In this document: piece after piece, positions 39,421 to 50,830 of the stretch
Layout: every line of letters begins with the position of its first letter
Numbering within the stretch: position 1 is the stretch's first letter
Assembly (NCBI RefSeq): GCF_023055435.1
Contig: NW_025963802.1
Location: 28,334,001-28,398,000, forward strand
Source: Haliotis rufescens
Taxonomy: Eukaryota
Direction of reading: 5' to 3'
DNA length: 64,000 nucleotides
The notes under the pieces: generated by a model
Told to the model about the DNA's origin: nothing
What the model saw: only the letters and a program-made list of their open reading frames with translations
The model's database searches: none
Program-made: the position numbers and the translations under genes

Positions 39421-40379
39421 ATGTTAACTAAACAAACGCAGCGTCATTTTGTCATTTTAGAAGATGCACATCTAGAACTTTCTCAAAATAATTTTTGTGT
39501 GTGGATTAGATGTTTTATGAAGACTACATTATCATCATTATAACGGAGTCACGTGCGAATATTTCTATAGTCCGTTATTGTTACTGAAATACTTCAAACC
39601 ACAGGTAGGTCGATCGGTAGCTACTCGATATTTCAATAACAACAGTCTGTGAAAAATAATATCTTGTTTTAACAGGCAAAAAGAATTTTTCTAGCATTTC
39701 CGACAGTACTTTAGCGGCCGATTGACGTCTGCCTATATTCCACAAATAAACAAATGTGAAAACTACATTTACAAATACTGAATGCATACAGTAATACGGC
39801 TTATTGTTAGTGCCCCCGTGTGTTTGATTGGTGAGGTTATTGTCAGAGAGTTAATAACGGAAGGGGGAGTGACGCCTCGGCTCCCTAAGTCGTCGACTCC
39901 CTTGCATGGTGTGCATGTGAAACTCATTCGCAGTGTCCTTCGCTGTGATGGGGATGTTGGAAAAATTTGCAAAAGGTAACCTCAAGCAACACACTCACTC
40001 ACCCACTGCAGCCGATTTGTGTGTCGGTTTTACACGGGCAGCTATCAACAACTTGTCATAGGGCCGAAAGGCGTTACTCTCCTGGACAGATGGGGAGACA
40101 GAAGCGTACTGATATAGCGTGGCCACCTTTAGGGGCACAAAACTTGGTTCCAGCAGAATCTCTGGTCCCAGTCAGGAAAACTTCAACCGAGACAAGTTGT
40201 GATGCCAGTTCATCCCAAATATAAAGGCCCCATGCGGATTCCGGGCGTTGATGGGTCGATCCCATGGACTCCTGCTTGTAAGTGCCAGCTACATGATCCG
40301 GTGGCTACAACCCGTACCCGGCTTATAAATGTGTTATCGTGCCCCGAACACGTGGAGCCGTGTACCTGCCACTGAGCTC

Positions 40380-41091
40380 TAGCGTGTTTGGTCCAGGATT
40401 TCTTCTTCTCCGGCGAGATGGAAGACAACGTGTTTATCGTCGTCGAAATGAGCGTTTTGCCCGACATTGTGTACGTGAATTCGACAATTTCGTTGGAGGT
40501 TGTGTCATGGCGTGGCCGGGGGGCCATATCCTACACCACGAGATCTGACTTGGTTGTGGTTCAGGGACATTTGACGGCAAATCGCTACATTAATCAAATT
40601 CTTCAACCTCACCTTCTTCAACAGGACAACGCTCCACCGCACACAACTCGTGTCACGGTAGACTACCTTTATAATGCCAACATCAACGCCTTGCCCTGAC
40701 CGTCGAGATCACCAGATCTCAACTCAATCGAACACCTCTGAGATGAACTCGATCGACGTGTACGTCAACGTCACACTCCCACAACTGGCCAACGCGTTTC
40801 AAGCAGAATTCCGCAGGACCAAATTCGTACATTTATCCAGTCAGTGCCGAGGAGATACAGAGCCGTGATTGCTGCCCGAGGCGGTCACACGAGATACTGA
40901 GCTCAGCGCAACCTTGTGGCCTTATGTGACATGACAATGAACAGTTTTCAATGCCTTTGTACAACGACAACATGTGACTATTGAGCTCCAAAATGTCATA
41001 TTTGTATGATATTGAGTTAAATATATGGACTTTATAAGGTACAATAAATTTATAAAAAATCTACCCGTGCGTTTATTTTTTTTAAAGAGTG
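40380..41091 (+). mobile_element. Tc1-like element, 5'-truncated copy
   Basis: LQQDNAPPHT...ALP*PSRSPDLNSIEHL*DEL; right TIR ...AAGAGTG|TA; homologous to 45590-46425. Confidence 0.8.
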
Positions 41092-42234
41092 TATATATCA
41101 GTAAACTAACCAATGTCTGAACAGGCAAAGAACACAAGTGACGATACATTTGACATTTAATCATGTTGACATGGACATATATAACAATCCATATAAAATA
41201 TACAATATATAATAATCATAAATATATGATGGTTATAGTGAAAAATATAATTAGATATATTCTCTCGTGAGAAAAATACATTTTCATCCTCCTAGTGGTA
41301 TCGGCAACCTGAAAGAAAAAGCATCCTTGGTTAATCCACAAAGACGTCTCACAATGCACCCTCATTTTTTACAGTGTTGTATTAACCCATGAAGATTCGG
41401 GTCAGAACTGGTACTTGTCGTAAAAGATGACTATACTTAGAGGCGACTAAGGGGACCGGATGGTCAGGCTCGCTGACCTTGTTGATGGCTTTCATAGTAT
41501 CTCAATTGACTGTCGAAGACACAATTATTTACAGATCGCCATAATTTAGCTGGAATATTGTTTTTACATCGATAAGAGTTAACTTAAAGTAGGTCAATAC
41601 GGAAACAAAGCGGCACTTCACCGCGTCACCTTTATGAACATCTTCATTTGTCCTTCACAGTGTAAACAAGACCGTGAAGTAATGACGATGCTCATAGTGT
41701 AAAGGAAAATAAGTAAACCGTTAAATGTGAAGACATTTAGTGTCACCAAGACCGTGAAGTATTGACGATACTCACAATGTAAATGTGTTAAAGTAAACAA
41801 ACAGCTAAATGTAAAGAAGTATATAATCTTCCATGTGAATACGTATGAAGGATAATTTCACATTACTGTAGGGTCTTATGTGAAGTGTACTAACTGGTGT
41901 TGTCTGGTTGTGAAAATGAAACCATATCCCACAAGATCATCACTATTCAAGGTTACTATATATGAGCTAGACTATAACAAGAGTTCTTGACAAGAGGAAA
42001 GACGGAAGTAGATGCATGTGTCAATCACCTACTTTATTTGTCAGACACAGTATCTCGTTTCTCATGGGTGTTGTGCTAACAAAAACTTCTTATTTAGTTT
42101 CGCGGAATCTACAATACTTGGTCTGAAAGTCCCCAAAATCAGTTTAACGTGACTAATAGTTTTAGCTTCGATAAAAGAATCCTTGCAATAGGTGGATTAC
42201 TATATGCAGCAGTGTAGGGTTTACCTTCGAAACA

Positions 42235-42871
42235 TTAACTTGTCTTGTTTTTCAGGGGCAAACAGCTTTCCCATGTGACAAGTGTCTTTGTGCCCCGTCG
42301 TCTGCTGCTCGGGTGAGATGGGGATGGTGGTGCGGCAGGATGTTCAGCACAGGAAGCAGTAGTGGAGGACAGGGGAATGGCAGCTCTAGGGTCAGCCTGG
42401 CTAGCTGATGGCTGGTCATGTCGAGCTGCAAGTGGCGGGACTCCACCGCCTGTGCCTGTTGTGGCTGCAGTATTGGTGGTGGCAGCTGTCATGCATCTCT
42501 TTCTCTTCTTTAAAGGAAGATGGCGTTCATCAATGTCATGGGATACTTCTGAGCTCAGTGATCGCTTCAGGCATCGTGTCTTGATGTTCGGCCTTCTGCT
42601 CATGTCTTCTGTGATAGTGGTATGGTAAACATCGGTGACTGTAACGGCACGTGGTTCAAATAAGGCAACATAGGAGATGTGCTTGATTCGCCTCTTGATG
42701 TCGCTGAAATTGGTGAACCATTGATGAAGATGATACTCTGTATAGTGTACGTCTCCATCTGTCCGACCTGCGTTCCTTAATCTCTGTTGTGAACTGCCCT
42801 GTTCGTCAGATGAACGGGAGGGTGGTTTAAAGGATGCTTTGGACGGAGCAGCTGTGGCCGTGGGTTGGCAC
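42235..42871 (-). CDS. Unrecognised gene, last exon; total 993 nt, ~330 aa, low-complexity with LPLKKRKR motif
   Basis: aag| acceptor in phase 2, in frame with ORF 42235..42897; GC-richer than its flanks; AATAAA at ~42033-42038 (minus). Confidence 0.68.
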
Positions 42872-43252
42872 CTTGAACATACACACACGACAGACATGAT
42901 GCTTCTCCTAATTTAAGGATATTTCCCACAAAAACACGCAGTCGGTGGTCGAAAACAACATTTATACTTAAAATGTAATAAACATTAAGCCCACTTTTTT
43001 AATAAATTGGTTAGAGGATATTTTTTTCCAAATATGGAATAAACATACATTTTGACCTTGTTTACGTGATATCTAAAGGAACTGTCGATCAGGTTAATTT
43101 ACAAATGTCGCATTGGGAATGACAAATCAAAAAGTTACTTCCCTTCCTATTCATGTAATTAAGTTACGACAAACACTTACGGTATATTCCTCGAGCCATC
43201 AGTTCTTTGCATCAATCACTCGACTCGTACATGCAGTTCTATAGAAACTCAC

Positions 43253-43322
43253 CTCGAGCAGTTGTCGTCAAGATCCTCCCATTCTACTGTTGCGATATTG
43301 TATTCATCTTCCAAGGTTAAGT
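43253..43322 (-). CDS. Unrecognised gene, exon 3 (acidic)
   Basis: cctag| DLTLEDEYNIATVEWEDLDDNCS |gtgagt; phase 1/2. Confidence 0.65.
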
Positions 43323-43480
43323 CTAGGTAAACAACAACAAACTGATCAACCACACACAGACATTATATTCAACAAACATACTGTTTCAATTACGATCTGA
43401 AATGTGATATGTTATATTCTTTTTGCCACTGTATCTGTTCATCCGACTTTTCATCTCATTCCGCGATTCACAACACGTAC

Positions 43481-43753
43481 CTCTGTGTAGCCATGCATAG
43501 GACTTTCCCTGCTTCCGTCGGCAAGTCCGTGGGTCTCCAGCACCACCTTGAGATGAGCCTAACGTCCTGGACGAGACTTCATCAGCAGACACTACCAGGA
43601 CACTAGATGTGGGTGGCATTGTGGAGATTTCTGTTGGCGATGATGCTTCACTGTGACTATCGGACGTGGACGCCTCACCACCGCGACTGATGTTGAAAAC
43701 ACTGTACATATGCGGGTCAGTGCGAGGATACAGGTGCGGTCTTTGGGGTTGAT
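43481..43753 (-). CDS. Unrecognised gene, exon 2 (Ser/Thr/Pro-rich)
   Basis: ttttcag| NQPQRPHLYPRTDPHMYSVFNISRGGEASTSDSHSE...KSYAWLHR |gtacgt; 273 nt, phase 1/1. Confidence 0.65.
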
Positions 43754-44154
43754 CTGAAAACTATCCCTCTGTGCAGTACACATGACTCATCGAATGCTTA
43801 CATCCCTGCAGACATTCAAATATTTTACCGCAGTGTGTATGAAGAATCTATACAAGTATACACATTCTCTTACGAAATATATATTTTTTTCTATCATTTA
43901 TGGGTATGAGTAATATCATGAGCACCTACAAAGTTCAGAACCACAGCCTTTTCTCAGGACGATCACTGCCGTAGGTCACAAGTCACTAAGACTAGCAGCC
44001 AAGTTTTCTGAGAGTCCGTCGAGTGGTGCTGAATTCTAAAGGTAGGTCCAATACACAAATGTATACAAGTATACAAATTCTCTTCAGAAATACATATTTC
44101 TTATTTCTTATAATATCATAACATTTCAATCACGTTTAGATAATCAAAACTTAC

Positions 44155-44167
44155 TTTTGAAGCTCAT
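44155..44167 (-). CDS. Unrecognised gene, coding exon 1 (MSFK)
   Basis: ATG AGC TTC AAA A|gtaagt; the phase-1 donor matches the acceptor at 43754. Confidence 0.55.
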
Positions 44168-44291
44168 TCTTCGTTGCAGGCAAAATTAAGTGAAATCAAC
44201 GTCAATAATTACAGAAATGTTTCAGAGAGAAGTCCCCACATATAACATGCAATCAGCTCGATGATCTCCTTGTAACTGAGCTTCTCTTCTA

Positions 44292-44337
44292 TGATGTCAC
44301 AAGACTGTGACGTCACCAATAATTGTTTGTGACGTCA
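44292..44337. promoter_or_regulatory. Tandem CRE palindromes (TGACGTCA at 44308-44315 and 44330-44337; degenerate TGATGTCA at 44292)
   Basis: Two perfect CRE sites 22 bp apart, ~140-170 bp upstream of the ATG of the unrecognised gene. Confidence 0.5.
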
Positions 44338-45395
44338 CACCTTTGTAATTCATGACCGCGTAGATACCAAATTTGGGTCCACTCCGTACAATCCGCTACC
44401 TGTGGATGCCATCCGAATGAGCATCCGTTAGACGTTAACATAACCTTAAGGGAGTGTTTACTTACAATCTGTCTCTTACAACAGAGGGTATTGATATTAA
44501 CACCTGTGTGTATACGGTTAATGTAATAGTATGTAGCATACATGGTTTTATTAATCGAAATCCCAGTTGATTATATTATCTGAGTTTTTTGAGTTGCTGT
44601 TCTGCGCCAGTCAACAATATTTCAGTTGTATCAGCCAGGTCACACATTGTAGCCTCCCGACCCATAACAGTCAACCCTTATTAGGCAAGCAAGTACACTC
44701 TTCAAAATAGGAAACGCACAGGTAGTATGTAGTTCACTGAACCCGACTTCACAAAATATCCGGTATATAAATTGGATATATGTTATTGGAAAATGTTGGT
44801 GGCCTGATATTCGACAAAAGGTGGTCAAAACGCAACCCCTGCGATTTGGAATGTCTTAAACGGCATGTTTTCACACTTGTTCAAAAATGTCATGGAGGAA
44901 AACAGTAAAGCAAAATGCACGTGCAAGTTCGTAACTCGTTACTCGTGGTAGTGGCTATAAAAAGGCAATCATGAGCCAATAATTTGTCATTCAATTGTCA
45001 ACATTTTTCAAGTTCGAAAATGCCGAGACTCAGCGCTGCCGATCGGAACATCGCCATTTGACGTATCCAAAGGGGGGAAATCACGGTCTTCTGTTGCACG
45101 CCACTTCAACGTCCACCACAGCACCATTTGCCGCCTTCCTGGCCGAATTCCACTGCAAACCGGTCGACCAAGAGTTACCACCCCTGCACACGATCGCTAC
45201 ATTCGACTGTTCCACCTACGTCATCACAATGTCACAACTACGGAGACCACAGGTTTGAGGAGGATATCGGACAAGACTGTCAGGAACCATCTTCGCCAGG
45301 CTGGAATCTGGCCCAGAAGACCAGTTATCGTCCCTGTTTGCAACAGATCCATCGACAGCGACGCTTGCGTTGGTGCCGTACCTTACACCCTTTGG

Positions 45396-45561
45396 GGGGC
45401 GGTCGGGTAGCCTAGTGGTAAAAGCGTTCGCTCGTCACGCTGAAGACCCGGGTTCGATTCCCGACATGGGTACAATGTGTGAAGCCCATTTCTGGTGTCC
45501 CCCGCCGTGATATTGCTGGAATATTGCTAAAAGCGGCGTAAAACCAAACTCACTCACTCAC
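45396..45561 (+). mobile_element. tRNA-derived SINE with (ACTC)n tail nested in the Tc1 element
   Basis: A/B boxes, tail actcactcactcac, 12-bp TSD TACA(C/G)CCTTTGG at 45384 and 45562. Confidence 0.85.
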
Positions 45562-45928
45562 TACAGCCTTTGGATTTGAGAAACTGGAGACGAGTGTGGT
45601 TTAGCGATGAATCACAATTTAGTCTTCACCGGCGAGATGGAAGTCGTGTTTATCGTCGTGGAAATGAGCGTTTTGCCCGACATTATGTACGTGAATTCGA
45701 CAAATTCGGTGGCGGTTGTGTCATGGTTAGGGGGCCATATCCTACACCACGAGATCTGACTTGGTTGTGGTTCAGGGACATTTGACAGCAAACCGCTACA
45801 TGAATCAAATTCTTCAACCTCACCTTCTTCAACAGGACAACGCTCCATCGCACACAGCTCGTGTCACGGTAGACTATACCTTCACAATGCCAACATCAAC
45901 GCCTTGCCCTGGCCGTCGAGATCTCCAG

Positions 45929-46035
45929 GGCCCACTTGCACAAAGCGATCTTAGCGCTAAGATGATCGTAACTCCCATACTTTAACATAGGCTTACAATA
46001 GTCGTAGCGCTAAGATCGCTTTGTGTAAGTGGGCC
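45929..46035. mobile_element. 107-bp palindromic MITE (PIF/Harbinger-like) nested in the Tc1 element
   Basis: GGCCCACTTGCACAAAGCGATCTTAGCGCTA ... TAGCGCTAAGATCGCTTTGTGTAAGTGGGCC flanked by CAG/CTG; absent from the sister Tc1 copy at ~40712. Confidence 0.8.
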
Positions 46036-46649
46036 CTGATCTCAACCCAATCGAACACCTCTGAGATGAACTCGATCGACGTGTACGTTAACGTCAGAAC
46101 ACGCCGTAGACACTCCCACAACTGACCAACGCGTAACAAGCAGAATGACGCAGCACTCGTATTTTTATCCAGTCAGTGCCGAGGAGATGCAGAGCCGTGA
46201 TTGCTGCCAGGGGCGGTCACACGAGATACTGAGTTCAGCGCAACCTTATGGCCTTATGTGACATGACAATGAACAGTTTTCAAAGTCTTTGTACAACGAC
46301 AACATGTGACTATCGAGCTGCAAAAATTCATATTTGTATCTATGATATTAAGCTAAATATATCGACTTTATTAAGTACAATAAAATTACTAAAAATCTAC
46401 CTTGCGTTTCCATTTTTGAAGAGTGTATATGTTTACAAACAAAGTAATAATATATTAGCGGGGAAATGTTCCTGTGAATCACTATCTATCATCGGAAATA
46501 ATTGAACATACAGTTAGACGTCTTGGTAGGTAATCAATTCCTCACAATACTGCGGGCTGTCTGAAACCGATTTCGCAGAGGAACCAGACGGATATGATTG
46601 TCGTGCCGACTTGACGTTACTCGTTTTTTAAAAAATGTGTAAGTGTTTT

Positions 46650-47420
46650 TAAATTATTTTTTAACATAATCTTCCTGCTTTACAATACTCTTCTTATATC
46701 GATAGTGAAGCTTTTTAATTCCAGTCAGGAACATGTTTTCTGAAGCCACCCTGAAAAACCCATTCATGCCAGCTCAAAGGTCATCGTTGTCGTCATAGTG
46801 CTTTCCACAAAGATGTTCTCTCAGTTTAGGGAACAGGTGGAAATCACTTGGTGCCAGGTCTGGCGAGTATGGAGGGTTAAGCTCTTCGAACCCATGTTGT
46901 CGCACGGCAACCTCTGCAAGTCGAGAGGTATGAGAAGGGGCATTGTCATGAAATCGTAAAACTCCAGCAGTCAGCATTACACGCCGCTTTTTTTTGCTAG
47001 GCTATCTCAGGCGATGAAGCAAATCAGCATAGTAGGCACCGGTAATCGTCTTTTGACTTTCAAAGTAATCAGCAAGGATCACACCCTTCACATCTCAGAA
47101 TACAGTGGCTATAACTTTCTTCATTGATCTTGAAGACTTGAATTTCTTTGGTGCCGGAGAAGGGGAATGGTGCCATTCCATGGATTAACGTTTTCACTCG
47201 GGATCATATTGGTAGAACCATGTTTCATCACCCGTTACTAATCTCTTTTTAAATTGGACGAAATCCTCCTCAATTAGCTCTAAATTTTCTCCCGCAATGT
47301 CAGTTCTTTTTTCCTTCAGATAAAAATTTAGAAACGTTGGCACCCAACGAGCAGATACCTTATTCATCTGTAAATGTTCATGAATACTAGTTTCAGTGGA
47401 TCTATGGCTTGGACCTGTGT
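46650..47420 (-). pseudogene. Decayed mariner (DD34D-type) transposase
   Basis: SARWVP, LVTGDETWFYQYDPE, HDNAPSH, PPYSPDLAPSDFHLF; in-frame stops. Confidence 0.85.
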
Positions 47421-49037
47421 CTTCCTCACGTTCAGCAATGATAATTCACCTATCTGACAGTATAAGTGTTTATATTTCCTTGATTGAATCTTCATTGATG
47501 GAAGTTATTGATCCTCACTTATTTCTGTGTTTCTTATCTCCCGCCGCCTGCAAATTTCAATCCTGCCGAAAGAAAAATATATTTTCATCCTGAATTATCC
47601 CTTTCATGCGATCGCGTGTAATGTCAAATGACATCTCGGCTTTTCGTAGCCTCGATTTCTCGGCTCGGATACGATGTTTTTAATGCCAAAATATGTGCAT
47701 AAGAAATCTTTGTCACAGCTCGTAACCTAGCACTATGCATCCATGAAGTTCCATATTTTTAATATAGATCGCGATTTCATGCTTAAAACGTTCAGAAAAA
47801 CATATTCGTGAAAGTCTGAAAATTACACACGAGGACAGTACCGTTGCTGTAATTTGATTGGCTGCCTTAGGTCACGTGCTTTAATTTGACCAATCACGCA
47901 CCTTTTAGCAGATTATGTCGGGTTTTTAATGTACATACTGACATGGCATCCTTCGACATGTGTTCATACCAAGCTTTGAAAACGGAGGTATTTCATGTTA
48001 GTGAGCGGACAGCCACTATCATCGGGAAATGGGTGATGACAGATATTATTTGTAATTCTTTTTAAAATAATGTTCCGAATACGTAAACAAATGAAAATAA
48101 AAAAGAAATAGCTTAGAGGATTTTATGAAATCTTATATTTGCCGAAAATCGTAAAATTTTCGCTTCATTGGTCCTTAATCTGGACGTTATGAATTTTTTT
48201 ACTTAATTAAAGTATTAATGAATTAATGAAATAATGTAATAATGTATCTTTCATATTTATAAACAATAGGGTTCATTAGACCTTTCAAATAGTGTATGCC
48301 CAAACATGTAGTAGCCAAAATGTTTTACAAGCAGATAATTTCCTTGAGAAATGTTGGCTTCATCTATCACACAAGAGTCTCTAGGAACTTGGTGTCACCG
48401 CAGTAATCTTCTGGTTGGCTGGTGTTGAGTGAACAAGCTGAGTGCCAGGGATATGATAAAATGTTCTTGAATTTATTTTTTTAATTTTGTTACTCCAGAT
48501 TATTTGTTTTATACCTACCTAACTTTTTAGGACAAAGTTCAAGTCAATAAAATCTCTGAGGGTTTTTTTTTTTTTTAAATTGGCCTACCTCACTTTTGAA
48601 ATGAGTTTGAAAACCCGTAAACCAAGAAATAAAAAATATGTCATAATAAGGTTTATTAATTCATTTGTGTCAGTGAACCAGTAGGGAATTCACAACTAGT
48701 TCACCTGTTTCATGTTGTGTCAATTCTGGCTCATTGGGATGACTCTGGTTTCAAAAAATGGACACACACCTTTGAAGAGAACTGAGATCTGACATCTCCT
48801 TGCTGTAGGAGACAAAGACAAACAAGAGACTTGTGTTGTGTGCTTAGAGTAACATTTATTCCTGGATGGAATTAACTTTCTGCACCAAATAAAACCTTCA
48901 TCTAAAAACTGAGGAAGAGATAACATTAACAAATTGTTTTCTGAAAAATACAACACAACATGTAACAAGACCTGATTGGGAACCATTCTGATGTACACAG
49001 CACAGCCCATTGCATAACAAGACCTGTTGGAACCACT

Positions 49038-49735
49038 CTGTTGTACAGAGCATGTTACATTGTATAACATCAACGGCAACCTTCTGTTGTACACAGCATG
49101 TTACATTGTATAACATCAACGGCAACCTTCTGTTGTACACAGCATGTTACATTGTATAATATCAACGTTAACCTTCTGTTGTACACTGCATATTACATTG
49201 TATAATATCAGCGGCAACCTTCTGTTGTACACAGCATATTACATTGTATAATATCAACGGTAACCTTCTGTTGTACACAGCATATTACATTGTATAATAT
49301 CAACAGCAACCTTCTGTTGTACACAGCATGTTACATTGTATAATATCAACAGCAACCTACTGTTGGTACACAGCATGTTACATTGTATAACACCAACGTT
49401 AACCTGTTGTACACAGCATACTACATTGTATAATATCAACGGCAACCTTCTGTTGTACACAGCATATTACATTGTATAATATCAACGGCAACCTTCTGTT
49501 GTACACAGCATATTACATTGTATAATATCTAAGGCAACCTTCTGTTGTACACAGCATGTTACATTGTATAATATCAACGGCAACCTTCTGTTGTACACAG
49601 CATGTTACATTGTATAGTATCAACAGCAACCTTCTGTTGTACACAGCATGTTACATTGTATAATATCAACGGCAACCTTCTGTTGTACACAGCATGTTAC
49701 ATTGTATAACATCAACGGCAACCTGCTGTTGTACA
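49038..49735. repeat. 46-bp minisatellite, ~15 copies
   Basis: Unit ctgttgtacacagcatgttacattgtataatatcaacggcaacctt repeats at 49084, 49130, 49176, 49222, 49268 and onward. Confidence 0.92.
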
Positions 49736-50708
49736 TTCTATTGCATGACATCCAACAATGCAAACATGTGACAACACACTCAGGTAAATGTCTTGTGACA
49801 TGTTTCTGCCTACATGTTAGACAGATCCCTGTTGACAACTGACGTGCCCCGAGTCCAACATGTCATGTTCATGTGTTAGCTGGCACCATTCTCAGCTTCA
49901 GTGTGCTCGGATCAGATGCATATTGCTCATCACAACAAACCAAACTGATCGATACACCATGAAGTTGGGAATATGTATGGCAATATTCGTATGTAAAAGT
50001 CCAACAGTAAAAACGTTTTACCCACATCTTAGTAATCTTCAGATGAGTGCTTTCATTGGACAGCCAACACAACGTACCAAAATAGATTATATCTTCTTCT
50101 AAAACCATGTTCAAAAACCTTGTTTCAGAAACTCATAGAAAGTTAAAGTGGATTGCATAATGAGATGTAGTTACTGCCACATCTACTGGTTCTAGCACTA
50201 CTGGGACATCAAGGAAAACAGTGTGAGGACATCAACAAAATAGGTAACAAACAGTCGAGTATTATTCAATGTCAATATATTCACACAAAAATATGTGCAA
50301 ATTCAACATGTTCGAAAACCTTTCATAGTTGAAGAAATTACTGATTTGATCATTGTATATCATATTCAATTTGAATCTTAAAATACTGCTAGAAAACAAA
50401 TAGTCACCTCCATTTTCAGTAACTGGAGGGAAAATGTGCAAGTTGTATAGCCTGGTTACAACTGTTCAATTTCATTTTCACATTCAGTCTCCATTACACA
50501 AATGAACAATGTGGTTAAGAACAAGCATTATCAAAATAACAAGATAACAAGGCAGGGAAATCCGTTTTCCTGGCAGTGTCATGCATAAATAACAACAGAC
50601 TATGATACTCAAGCATTACCTATGGTGATGAGGATTACTGTTAAGAGAAGATGGCGGGGCTTTAAGGATGCAGTCACCTGTTCCCTGAGTCTAACTAAGG
50701 TCATGTGC

Positions 50709-50830
50709 AGAGTGAGTGAGTGAGTGAGTGAGTGAGTGAGTGAGTGAGTGAGTGAGGTATAACTCACTTTTAGCAATATTTCATCAATATCGATGCGAGG
50801 GACGACAAAGGAGATATGAACTTCACAAAC
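50709..50830 (-). repeat. (GAGT)n microsatellite, the expanded tail of a degenerate SINE
   Basis: (GAGT)~12 followed by ttttagcaatattt..caatatc, matching the reverse complement of the 45396 SINE 3' end. Confidence 0.75.

Larger units (their letters stand above)
44696..46425 (+). mobile_element. Tc1-like DNA transposon relic with both TIRs and TA TSDs; contains two nested insertions
   Basis: TA|CACTCTTCAAAATAGGAAACGCA ... TGCGTTTCCATTTTTGAAGAGTG|TA; transposase fragments MPRLSAADRNIAI, WRRVWFSDESQF, QQDNAPSHTA, DLNPIEHL. Confidence 0.88.

Noticed and set aside
39800-40380. GC-richer segment with several short ORFs
   Set aside because: Probably a repeat fragment, but I could not identify a diagnostic motif or termini.
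45396-45470. tRNA gene (also 35080-35155, 23850-23918, 60350-60435)
   Set aside because: tRNA-like heads run directly into SINE bodies, with tails and in one case a TSD; treated as SINEs.
49038-49735. CRISPR-like array
   Set aside because: Units are contiguous with no unique spacers, there are no cas genes, and the context is eukaryotic.
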